Below, one piece after another: positions 1 through 10,760 of a stretch of 31,045 nucleotides of DNA (the first letter of the stretch is position 1; each line of letters starts with the position of its first letter). The position numbers were made by a program, and so were the translations under genes. The stretch comes from Octopus sinensis. Its lineage: Eukaryota. Under the pieces are notes generated by a model. That model did not search any database and was not told where the DNA came from. It was given only the letters and a program-made list of their open reading frames with translations. The stretch spans positions 1 through 31,045 of the forward strand of contig NW_021832345.1 in the NCBI RefSeq assembly GCF_006345805.1. The letters are read 5' to 3'.

Positions 1-122
1 CATGCATGCATACATACGTATGTATGTTTGTATATGTATGTATAATACGTATCCACATACACACAGGTATAAGCACTTTATCTCAACAAAGGTACACACA
101 CACATAAGAATATATATATATC

Positions 123-157
<35 letters not shown>

Positions 158-198
158 ACACATATTCATATAATATAGTATATAAACATGTGCATATG

Positions 199-239
<41 letters not shown>

Positions 240-412
240 GTAGATACATCTATATAATTACACGCAGCTACACGTATAAACATAAATATGTATGCATATG
301 TACACATATATACACATATATTTTCTGAGTGATTGTGCATGTGTGTTTGTATGACCTATCTTTCGTTGTATGCATGTATCTATCTATCAATCTATCTATC
401 TATCTACACACA

Positions 413-442
<30 letters not shown>

Positions 443-444
<2 letters not shown>

Positions 445-585
445 GAGGCGAGTTCACGGTACTGAGATTGCAGAGCAAAACAAAATGCGGTATTGGTTCC
501 GATATTAAATTTAGTATTCCAATGCAAGGCAATTTTGTCCAAGCACCTTTTCATCTTTTTGGGGTCGATAAAATTAGGGACTTGC
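443..585 (+). mobile_element. Highly decayed family A SINE
   Basis: Retains cttttcatctttttggggtcgataaaatta, matching the family A core cctttcatcctttcggggtcgataaatta; the head is degenerate. Confidence 0.55.
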
Positions 586-699
586 CTCAATCCTGAATGG
601 AGGCAATTCTTGGAACTCTAGTGGTCAATAATCAATATTTGAAACTGCCGACAACTTCCGCGCGTATAAGCCCCATTATTTTGAGTTGAGCTCTATGAA

Positions 700-1086
700 T
701 AAAAAAAGACCACCTTCTGTCATATATAGTCACATACAGTAACATAGTTGTCTAAACTGATGTGAGGCCTTGACCATGTCGTGAATGACCATGCGATTAC
801 ACCTAAAAGGTCCCCCTCCGAGGCACAAGTCCGAGCGATGTGGTTTATAGAAGACCAGCAGTCTCCCATGCATATCAGCCTCTCCTCTCCACACCACAGA
901 TGTTATCCAAGGGAAAAGCAAAGGCCGTTATAGCTTGGTACAATTTCTAAAGCTGAGTGAACTGGAGCAACGTGAAATAAAATGTCTTGCCCCAAAACAC
1001 AACATACAGCCCGGTCCGGGAATCGAACTCAGTACCACATGATTGTGAGCCCGATGCTCTAACCACTGAACCATGCGCCTTCACTA
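700..1086 (-). mobile_element. tRNA-derived SINE, family C, near full length
   Basis: On the minus strand: Pol III A box TGGTTCAGTGG (1063-1073), B box GTTCGATTCC (1019-1028) and a terminal T7 run (701-707). Flanked by the 9-bp direct repeat ctctatgaa (691-699 and 1087-1095), a candidate TSD. Head and body are homologous to 21763-21900. Confidence 0.85.
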
Positions 1087-1244
1087 CTCTATGAACCTTA
1101 ACCTATTTCATTTTGAGGTCCTAGTATGGGCCGATGAATCTTTGTCACCATGCAGCGGCGTTCAGTTCATGGATCTGTACACTTTCCAATGACATTTGAC
1201 AATGCCTTTTATTTGAATAACTTACACTCAAATATCTTGCTTTT

Positions 1245-1457
1245 GAATATTTCGATACGTGAGATATTTTGTTTTTGTTTTAAAACTGATAATTTAGTCT
1301 TTATTTCATATTTTGATATCCTGTTTCATAAAACGTCTTGTTTTTATTCCATATCTAAATATTTTGTTACGTTAATCAGTTTATTATTTTTACATTTCAA
1401 TATTTTGATACGTCAAACATTTTGTTTTTGTTTACTAGTGGACTGTTTCTTTGTTTA
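1245..1457. repeat. Degenerate tandem repeat of the motif atattttgatacgt (4 copies, about 40-60 bp apart)
   Basis: Motif variants near 1247, 1308, 1359 and 1400. The last copy extends into a 57-bp block that recurs inverted at 2387-2443. Confidence 0.55.
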
Positions 1458-1769
1458 TATCTTAGAGATATGAAATACTGTGTATTTACCCATTCTTCGC
1501 AGATGGTGTTTAAACAGTAGTTTCTTAATGGTGCTTCGCAAAAACAATTTACGTGCACCAGGAATTTTTTACAATACCATTCAATACTTAAATTTTTTTT
1601 TACTAAATACTTGAGTGTCTTTTAAAAAATGCATTGTTCATGAATATGATTAGTTAAACACGACAAATTTCGAAATTTTGAAACATGAAGTCAGAACTAC
1701 AAAGATTTTCTGTGGAGTATTAATGCTTTCAGACGACTGTATATCAAAAGATAACGATATGGATATAGA

Positions 1770-2150
1770 AACACTGCATTGCTTCCAGGTTTCTATTGAG
1801 CTTCGCACTACGAAGTGACCATTGATGGGAGTAATAATCCAGAACAAACGTTTTGTAGAGAATCGCTACTCCTCAGCGCTATCAGCCCGTATTTTATTTA
1901 CGGTGAACCGCTGAATAACGCGGCCAGTCATTGAACGATGACGGGAATATTATAAGGGCCTACCCCACGTGTCAGTTCGCAGCACCTGCCTTTCAGAACT
2001 CCGAAATGCATGCATCTGGTTAGGGGCCGCTGTGAACTGATTCGGTGTATTTACACCTGTATCTTTATAGTAAGAAAATGTCTCCATAACAAAATACAGT
2101 GAATGGCTTTCTTACCAGTTCGAAAATGCATGAGGCATATATGTCTATAT
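1770..2150 (+). pseudogene. Decayed BTB/POZ-domain-like coding remnant (Kelch-like/BTBD type)
   Basis: Manual translation gives IELRTTK*PLMGVIIQNKRFVENR, then a frameshift at 1866 into LLLSAISPYF, then in the same frame ELIRCIYTCIFIVRKCLHNKIQ*MAF..MRHIC. This resembles the BTB consensus (lR..D..l.v....F.aHR.vL.A.S.YF ... l..iYT.....A..y....l...C), with A at YT+17 and C at A+12. Several stops and frameshifts are present. Recognised by eye only. Confidence 0.55.
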
Positions 2151-2589
2151 ATGTATATGTGTATGCACGTATGTACACAAAAACATACACGCACATATTT
2201 ACATATATACAAACACGCGTGTGGTTGAGTGAAGGTGAATAGGTACGTACAAATATGGTAGCAAAATTTGTTGTAAGGAGATAAAAGGACAATCAGGAAA
2301 TAGGAATAATATGAGAATGTATACAAGCGCAACAACCGAACGTACAGAGAAAATCTCATTGAGATTATACTGTTATTAATACAGAGTAGACAAAGAAACA
2401 TTCCTGATCTGAACAAAAACATAATGTCTGACGTATCAAAATAGCATTCTGCTGTTCTAGCTACCAGGATCCACCATTTAGAGAAAGGACAAATTTAGAA
2501 CTAACAAGCACTACTGAAATATAAATACGCATACTGAATGAGGCTTCAATTTGTTTGTTTTTACATAGTTAAATATCATCTATTGCATC

Positions 2590-3213
2590 ATATATATACA
2601 CACGCACGCACACACACACATATATATATATATATGTTTGTGTGTGTGTATGTATGAATATGTATGTATCTATATCTGTATGTATGTAACAATTCGTTTA
2701 TGTATCTATGTATCTAAGTGGTTTATGAATATACATGTAAATACATATGCACCGAGAAGCATAAGTACATATATGCATGCATGCATGATGCAATGATACA
2801 TATATGGTTTATTTATAAGTAACACCTATCACACGTGTAAAAAGTATGGATATACATACTATCATACACACACATACACTGATGCACACACACACATATG
2901 CACATACACAGATTATGTGTGTATTTTAGTGTTAAATGTACATACATACATACATATTTATATATATATATATATATTTATATATACATATATATTACAC
3001 ACACACATACACATACATTTGTTCATGCGCATATATTTAAATGTGTATGTATGGTAAGTTTGCATAAATATGCATGTATATTCATTCATATTTGTAACAT
3101 TCTTTCATCTCTATCGCTCTCTCCACATGCACACATATTCACACACACATACTCACAGATACGTACATGCATACACAATTACATACGTACACATTGATAT
3201 ATATATATATATA

Positions 3214-3244
<31 letters not shown>

Positions 3245-3410
3245 ACATGTATCCATATAATGTACATAGAAACATATACATACATAAATACGTGCATACA
3301 TGTATGTATCCATATGTGTATATAATTATGCATACACATGCACACACTCACACACACACCACACACACACAACACACACACATATATATGTATATATACA
3401 TATATACAAA
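2590..3410. repeat. Compound (CA)n/(TA)n/(TATG)n low-complexity tract
   Basis: Directly visible. Confidence 0.9.
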
Positions 3411-3480
3411 TAGGTGTATATTACTAGTATCATTAGCATTGCAATTTACCTTTCACATAAAAAGAAAACATTAACACAAC

Positions 3481-3605
3481 ACACCGCCGCCACCACCACC
3501 TTAACCGCCGCCGCCGCCACCACCGCCGCCGCCGCCACCACCGCCTCCGCCGCCACCACCGCCTTCGCCAACACCACAGCCATGAACAACCCCCATCACC
3601 ATCAT
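3481..3605. repeat. GC-rich (CCG/CCA)n trinucleotide microsatellite
   Basis: accgccgccaccaccacc...gccgccgccaccaccgcc, followed by (CT)n at 3665-3725. Confidence 0.9.
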
Positions 3606-3872
3606 TGTACAACAGCAGCAAAATGTCTAGACTTTCTGCTATCCTTCCTTTGCAGACATTACGTTTCTCTCTCTCTCTCTCCCTCCCACTCTCCTCCTCT
3701 CTCTTGTCTCTCTCTCTCTCTCTGTCTTTCTCCTATCCTCATGCCCACCACCTTCTTCTTGCGACATTTACCTCTCCCTCTTCGTTTCTAATCTTTTTAT
3801 CTGTTATCTTTTATCTGTATTAATCATTTTCAACACTTACTCCGTCACCTTAATAATCAAAACATCAAAACG

Positions 3873-3961
3873 TAAATAAATAAATAAATAAATGAATAAA
3901 TAAATAAATAAATGAATAAATAAATAAATGAATAATTGAACAAATAAATAAATAAATAAAT
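3873..3961. repeat. (AAAT)n microsatellite
   Basis: Directly visible. Confidence 0.95.
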
Positions 3962-4262
3962 GTAAGACGGCGTCGTTGAGTGACCAGAACGAGGCTGTTT
4001 GTGACGTCAATGCAGCTTTGACCGAAGTTTAATTACTCTAACTTCGCCGATCTGCTTTCAACATGAAACAGTTTTAGGCATCGTACTACTGACACCTGTT
4101 GCTGAAACTGGGAACTATGCCAAATAGCAGCGATAGACAGATAGTTATATGATAATTTGAGGGAAGTCTGATTGGAGAGGATTGCGTGATTGTGTGTGAT
4201 GTATAAGCGCAGAAGTGCGCAGTGCAGAAATGGCAGTAGGTCTACAGTAAAGAGCAGTAATA

Positions 4263-4474
4263 TCCTTTTCCTACTCTAGTCACAAGGCCCGAAATTTGGG
4301 GGGGAGGACGGCAAATCGATAAGATCGATCTCAGTACGCAACTGGTACTTATTTTTATCGACCCCGAAAGGATGAAAGGCAAAGTTAACTTCGGCGGAAT
4401 TTGAACTCAGAACGTAAAGACAGACGAAACACCGCTAAGCATTTCACCCGGCGTGGTAACGTTTCTGCCAGCTC
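4263..4474 (-). mobile_element. Family A SINE (tRNA head plus Meta-like central domain)
   Basis: Reverse complement of the 28966-29197 head and body (ggaatttgaactc B box, atcgaccccgaaaggatgaaaggc core), with an alternative 3' tail. Confidence 0.9.
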
Positions 4475-4610
4475 TCTATATATTCAAATGATAAACTTCT
4501 GTCTGTCTGTCTGCCTGTCTGTCTGTCTCTCTGTCTGTCTGTATGTATGTATGTATGTATGTATGTGTATGTGCGTATGTATGTGTATATGTATGTGTCG
4601 ACGTATGTAT

Positions 4611-4968
4611 GTTATTCAGTTTTATTTCAAGATTTCTTGCCAATGGTGAAAGAGCCGTTTTCTAAACTAGACCCAAGTTTCCTTCATTGGAATTTCAACA
4701 ACATCAACAGGGTATTTTCGTATGTATGCCGATATATGTGCAGTACTTGGAGCTAGTGCACGTGCAGATTTGTATATTTTGTTTTATGCATGGATTCTCA
4801 TGCATTATTGCGTGTCTGGACAAGCGGATATGTACTTAAAATGATAAACTTCAGGAAAGTTTTGAAGATTTTTACAGTTCCAGTGATGGCTTGGATCTGT
4901 AGTCTTCGAATCAGCTTTCTCCTTTCTGGTTTTGAAAAGCCCAATTTCTCAAGATTAGTATTCTTGTG
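4611..4968 (-). mobile_element. 5'-truncated non-LTR retrotransposon (RLE-type, R4/Dong/NeSL-like): ORF C-terminus plus 3' UTR
   Basis: Minus-strand 4968-4840 encodes HKNTNLEKLGFSKPERRKLIRRLQIQAITGTVKIFKTFLKFII, resembling the C-terminal LQ....lGT..I.r..l motif of RLE-clade LINE proteins. It is followed by about 230 bp of UTR ending in AATAAAactgaataac and running into (ATAC)n. Confidence 0.6.
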
Positions 4969-5109
4969 TGGATGTATGTTAATGCTCATGTGTGTATATA
5001 TGTATATAAGTGTATATGCATGTATGGTTAGTTCATGTTTTATTATGGCATTGAGAAAGTTCACTTGAGGTAGCAGATCTATCTGTCCGTCCGTCCGTCT
5101 CTCTGTCCG

Positions 5110-5240
<131 letters not shown>

Positions 5241-5799
5241 GTCAATCTGTCAGTCTTTCCAGTTATCTACCTATCTAAATATCTGTGTATCTGTCTATCT
5301 ATCTATCTACCCCCCACACGTATATATAATGTATATAGTATACATAATATGTGTGTTTATGCATGTGTGTATACACACACTGATGCACACACATAAATAT
5401 ATATACATGCACATATAGATTTCACACTCATATACAAATGCAAACACATGCACGTATATAAAATTTATAAACATGTGACGCACATCTGAATCTATCTGTG
5501 CGCACGCGCGATTGCGTGTATGTGTGTGCACGCGCGCGGGTGTGTGAGCCGACATGTTTTTATTATAAAACGCTTCACTAAGTTAAAATTCTCCTGAATT
5601 ATACGTTCAAAGGATTTTCAAAAGCCGAATGTCAAAACCTGATCTCTTGGTTTCTCCTGAAATATTTTCATCGCGGAGTGAATTTAACGACAGCAAAAAC
5701 CGAAGATGGCTGCTCGCACCCGTACACCTAGACGGCGAGTAAATTTGCATGTTGTTCGACCTGCTAAAATTATCAGGCAAAGCCCCTTCAAATCATACC

Positions 5800-6110
5800 T
5801 ATTTCTTTACTACGCACAAGGGGCTAAACACAGAGGGGACAATCAAGGACAGACAAACAGAATGTGTCTCTCTGCCACGTGTTTATGTATCTATTTCTTT
5901 ACTACCCACAAGGGGCTAAACACAGAGGGGACAGACAAACAGATTAAGTCGATTACATGGACCCCAGTGCGTAACTGGCACTTAATTTATCGACCCCGAA
6001 AGGATGAAAGGCAAAGTCGACCTCGGCGGAATTTGAACTCAGAACGTAGCGGCAGACGTAAAACCGCTAGGCATTTCGTTCGACGTGCTAACGTTTCTGC
6101 CAGCTCGCCG
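5800..6110 (-). mobile_element. Family A SINE with a duplicated tail and an internal templated insertion
   Basis: Full head and body at 5944-6110. Two tail copies (5800-5861 and 5891-5943) are separated by non-SINE sequence 5860-5892 that matches 29198-29230. Confidence 0.9.
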
Positions 6111-6165
6111 CACCATAGCGTTTTTTAAAAACAAGGATGGGATGGGATGGTTACGCTTGAAATAC

Positions 6166-6319
6166 CTTTCTTTTCTACTCTAGGCACAAGGCCTGAAATT
6201 TTTAGGGAGAGAGCCAGTCGATTAGATTGACCCCAGTAAGCAACTGGTAGTTAATTTATCGACCCCGAAAGGATGAAAGGCAAAGTCAACCTCGGTGGAA
6301 TTTGAACTCAGAACGTAAT
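6166..6319 (-). mobile_element. Family A SINE, 5'-truncated
   Basis: Tail ttttctactctaggcacaagg, core and B box are present; the A-box half is missing. Confidence 0.85.
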
Positions 6320-7261
6320 GCTTGACTAGGATTGGCCCCGGTGTCTGAATGACAACAATAACAATGTGAACAACTGGTTTGCTGAGCCTTCTATTACTCA
6401 GCGACTTGTCTTTGTTAGAGATTCGGCGATGAAGGACTGCAAATGATATTAGTGATTACCTGTACTCTTTGATAGTCGTGTCCGCGTACAGTTTGAAAGT
6501 AAAGTGCTGTGCTATCTGAAAGTCACGAACCTGCAGCGCTCGATAAGCGGAGTGCCCTGCACCGATAGATAACGGTGTAACTGCACCCTTTCAGCGTAGC
6601 TTGAAGCGTTTCCCATAAACCAATAAATTTTCTAATCTTGACGTTTTTTTTTTCAAATGCAAAACATCATCAACAACAATGAAAACAATAACGACAACAT
6701 GAAAAACGTTTAACATTGAAAACGATAACAACATCAAACGTTGACTCCAACAACAACAACAACACCATGAGTGATGTCGTATACATGTGGTTGGTCACAA
6801 ATGCGCAGGGGCAGAATTATTGTTGTTGTTGTCGTTGTCACCGTCGAAGTCCTCGTCGTCGTTATCGTGGTTGTTGTTGTTGTTGCTGTTGTTGTTGTTG
6901 TCGTCGTCGTCGTCTAGTTCCAGATAAGCCCCGAATAAGCATATGTATTATCAAAGGCGTTGCAGAACGTGACTCTGTCGTCTTTTAAGTAAATCTATAA
7001 TTTCTGGATTTTTTTTATGGTTTTATCAAATGAGAAAGACCAGTGCTTATGGCCCCTTTCAAAAACCCCATCCCGATACTAGTCGTCGTGTGGAGGTGGT
7101 GGTGGTGGTGGGGAGATGGAAGCTATCTTTAAACTGGAAACCTGGTGCTAATGCTTGCAAACAGATTGGACTTTGCTAATGGCTCATCTAGATCAATTAA
7201 CAGAATTGAAACAGTATACGGATAAAGTCAGCGCTGTACAAAATTTAATCCATATGATATG

Positions 7262-7368
7262 GATCAACATGAAACTCTGGTAGAAGATGCTTCGCTATGG
7301 TACCGTGCAGTGGAATAGAAAACGAAATCACTCGGGTCCGAAGCGATCTTCTTACCCACATACGCGAT
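7262..7368 (-). mobile_element. Old family B SINE head fragment
   Basis: gtagaagatgcttcgctatggtaccgtgcagtggaatagaaaacgaaatcac is a diverged reverse complement of the 16399 head. Confidence 0.45.
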
Positions 7369-7559
7369 CTCCTTACCATACATACTCCCGTTGTTTAGTA
7401 CGCCCTTAATAAAAAATTGATGTTAAGGGGTTAGTCAAAAGTACTTAGCTGCTATTTCTACGAGATTGATTGATCGGGTAAGGCGATCCCATTGTTGCTT
7501 AGCTGAGGAAAGAGCTAAATTGTGTAGGATTTGTCTGTGTCATTACTAAAAGAGTTAAT

Positions 7560-7823
7560 GCGGCGAGCTGACAGAATCGTTAGGAGGACGGGCAAAATGC
7601 TTCGCGGCATTTCGTCCGTCTTTATGTTCTGAGTTCAAATTCCGCCGAGGCTGACTTTGCCTTTCATCCTTTCAGGGTCGATAAATTAAGTAGCTTTCGT
7701 CTTTTCGGGGGTTGATGTAATCGAGGGCAGAGCTGACCTCAGCGTGATTTGAACTAGTAACGTAGAGAAAGAGAAGAAATACCGCAAAGTATTACGTCCG
7801 ATGCTCGAACGATTCAGCTGGTT
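7560..7823. mobile_element. Adjacent inverted pair of family A SINEs (+ 7560-7724; - 7726-7823)
   Basis: The plus copy gcggcgagctgacagaatc...gagttcaaattccg...ggtcgataaattaag is directly followed by a diverged minus copy ggcagagctgacctcagcgtgatttgaact...cgattcagctgg. Confidence 0.75.
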
Positions 7824-8083
7824 CTAGTTCCTCTTCGAATGAAATAATCTGTTCTTATATTGATTTTATTTGCTTATTGGAAAACACAGAAAGCTGGGCG
7901 CTTGGAAAACACCGTTAGGCGCTGAGTGAGATAAAGCTAATAACCAATAGAGTACAAGAGTACATAATTATAATGATGACTGGTTGGGTGGGGGAAATTA
8001 ATCTCCGAAACTGCTTGCATCCGATCCAGGTGGAGATTATTATCATTGGGAATACTTACCATATACAAACTGAAATGTTAGAC

Positions 8084-8425
8084 GTTTTGGGGGAGGGGCT
8101 GTGTCGATAACATTGACCCCAGTGTTTCACTGGTGCTTAATTTATCGATCCCGAAAAGATGAAAGGTAAATTCGAACTCGACGGAATTTGAAATCAGAAC
8201 GTAGCGACGGGCGAAATACCTATTTGTTTACTACCCACAAGGGGCTAAACACAGAGAGGACAAATAAGGACAGACAAACGGATTAAGTCGATTATATCGA
8301 CCCCCAGTGCGTGACTGGTACTTAATTTATCGACCCCGAAAGGATGAAAGGCAAAGTCGACCTCGGCGGAATGTTTACTCAGAACGTAGCGGCAGACGTG
8401 CTAACGAATCTACTAGCTTGCCGCC
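8084..8425 (-). mobile_element. Composite (dimer-like) family A SINE
   Basis: Two bodies joined at gaaatacc|tatttgttta (8220/8221), followed by (AAT)n/(GAT)n at 8427-8531. Confidence 0.85.
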
Positions 8426-8434
8426 TTAATAATG

Positions 8435-8473
<39 letters not shown>

Positions 8474-9010
8474 TAATAATAATAATAAAATAATAATAAT
8501 GATAATGATGGTGATGATGATGATGATGATGAAAGAGGAAGCTTAAAGGGAAAGAAGACGGTGAGGAGTTTTGAAAAGCTACCAAACTCAGCTTGTAACG
8601 AAGTATATAGTTACGATATTTGCCATCAATACATGCGGTATTATATAACAATATCAAATACTGCTTATGTGATAACGCACAGCTGCAGTACTTTAATAGT
8701 GCTCTGATACATTTGGCGCATGCGTTTGACGGAGAACGGAGCGAAAACTTCAAGAGAAAGTAGTATGCGTATATAAACTGGCTTCTCGACATAGAAAAAT
8801 GACGTCGGTCGAGTTATTGGTGTTTTTAGTGATGGACAGATGTATAGCGATGTGTATGAGTGGTAGTATATAAGTGGTCAGTGTTTACGTTAGTGAAGTG
8901 TACTGGAGGTAGTGTATAGGTTGCGAGGTGTTATATCATGTATTTCTGCTTTTTGTTTGGTGGGGGGCGTTGTTTTCATCGGGTCATGTATTAATCTTTT
9001 ATTTTTTTTA

Positions 9011-9182
9011 TTCTTTTACTTGTTTCAGTCATTTGACTGCGGCCATGCTGGAGCACTGCCTTTAGTCGAACAAATGGGCCCCAGAGCATATTCTTTGTTA
9101 GCCTAGTACTTATTCTATCGGTCTGTTTTGCCGAACCGCTCATTTACGAGGACATTGTCAAGCAATGTTGGGGGGGACAAAC
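9011..9182 (-). mobile_element. Family B SINE, 3' half
   Basis: cttttacttgtttcagtcatttgactgcggccatgctggagcac...ccgaaccgct is the reverse complement of 16620-16803. Confidence 0.9.
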
Positions 9183-9253
9183 ACACACACACAAACACAT
9201 ACAAATACACACACACAGGCATACAAACACATACACATATATATAAGCATCCA

Positions 9254-9290
<37 letters not shown>

Positions 9291-9395
9291 GCATATATAT
9301 ATACGTATACAGACATATAAACGTATATCTCGGTTTGTGTGTGTGTGGTGTGTCTGTCTGTCTGTTTTTCTGGTATAGATATCGAATTATATGAT

Positions 9396-9565
<170 letters not shown>

Positions 9566-9608
9566 CATATAATTATATATCTATACCAGAAACACAGACA
9601 TATATATG

Positions 9609-9659
<51 letters not shown>

Positions 9660-9732
9660 GTGTATATATATATATAACACATATATATATATTATATATA
9701 TATAATATATATACATATATATATATATATAA

Positions 9733-9807
<75 letters not shown>

Positions 9808-9825
9808 CTATATATATATATATAT

Positions 9826-9994
9826 CTCACGATTATACAAAAAAAAATTAAAAAGCAAACAAAGGACAGAGATGGGCGAGGGAACAACAAACAAGTTGTG
9901 TTTGTTTGACGTTCAGGAAATGGGAAGAATCTTTGACATTTCGAGGCCTACGTTGTTGTACAGAAAGGAAGGAGGGAAAACAGATGGAGAGAGG

Positions 9995-9996
<2 letters not shown>
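9826..9996 (-). mobile_element. Probable Penelope-like pLTR fragment inserted in (TA)n
   Basis: Minus strand 9967-9931 reads cttt-CTGtacAa-caacgtaggcctc-GAAA-tGTC-aaag, a degenerate minimal-hammerhead layout; both flanks are (TA)n. Confidence 0.45.
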
Positions 9997-10038
<42 letters not shown>

Positions 10039-10304
10039 CTGTCGCAACCTGGGACCTTCAAGACTTCTTAAATGCAAGAAAGTGTACTAGTCCCTTAATA
10101 TTTGATATTCAGTATTTCATCTATTCAATAAGACAATCAATACTTCATTTCATTTTACTATATATATATATTATTTATACTATATATTCTATATTCTACA
10201 TTAATATTATAAAGAATATAAAAAAACATTAAAAAACAGAGTTGGAATTCCTTTGAATAATATATATCCCTCTATACACAATCATACAAACCCCAATTAT
10301 ATAT

Positions 10305-10335
<31 letters not shown>

Positions 10336-10354
10336 GAATATTATATATATGTAT

Positions 10355-10520
10355 GTACAGTCAGCATGGAAAATTCGATGAACCGATACCAGGGTAGCAA
10401 ATCACGCAGAAACACGGTTGCACCCTTTATTCCTTTGGAATGAAACTATGCTGTCTTCGAAACATATGTCGAGAGTAAAGGAATTTTGCTAACACCTTCG
10501 TTCGACTCCATTCTTTTATT
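10355..10520 (+). mobile_element. Probable Penelope-like pLTR fragment with a degenerate minimal hammerhead
   Basis: GAAAC-atat-GTC (10459-10470, palindromic acatatgt) is enclosed by the stem cctttattc (10424-10432) / gagtaaagg (10473-10481). The CTGANGA box is not intact. Confidence 0.45.
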
Positions 10521-10522
10521 TA

Positions 10523-10565
<43 letters not shown>

Positions 10566-10600
10566 CATACATGCAGACATGCAGACATTTATATATACAT

Positions 10601-10760
10601 ATGACAGGCTTCCCGCCGTTTCCAGTCACCAAATTCAATCACAAGTCTATTATTGGACTGCGGTTATCGTACTAGAAGACTTGCCCAAGGTATTGCGCAA
10701 TGGAATTGAACGCTTGAACGCGTAGTTGCGAAGAAATATTCTTATCCCACAACCATACCT
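10601..10760 (-). mobile_element. Old family B SINE, 5' half
   Basis: gacaggcttc...caccaaattcaatcacaag...tagaagacttgcccaaggtattgcgcaatgg matches the reverse complement of 16399-16556. Confidence 0.7.

Noticed and set aside
3414-3791. Poly-Ala/Thr/His ORF resembling a transcription-factor low-complexity region
   Set aside because: It is a (CCG/CCA)n microsatellite flanked by other simple repeats, with no adjoining domain or credible exon boundaries.
4002-4009. Perfect CRE palindrome TGACGTCA
   Set aside because: A single 8-mer is plausible by chance in 31 kb and has no supporting context.
5706-6128. Recurrent peptide RNWYLIYRPRKDERQSRPRRNLNSER (also at 14654, 24303 and 29113)
   Set aside because: It is the antisense reading of the family A SINE, not a gene family.
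8716-8806. NRF1-like GCGCATGCG, TATATAAA and TGACGTC cluster as a promoter
   Set aside because: The motifs are imperfect or common in AT-rich DNA, and no downstream exon is identifiable.
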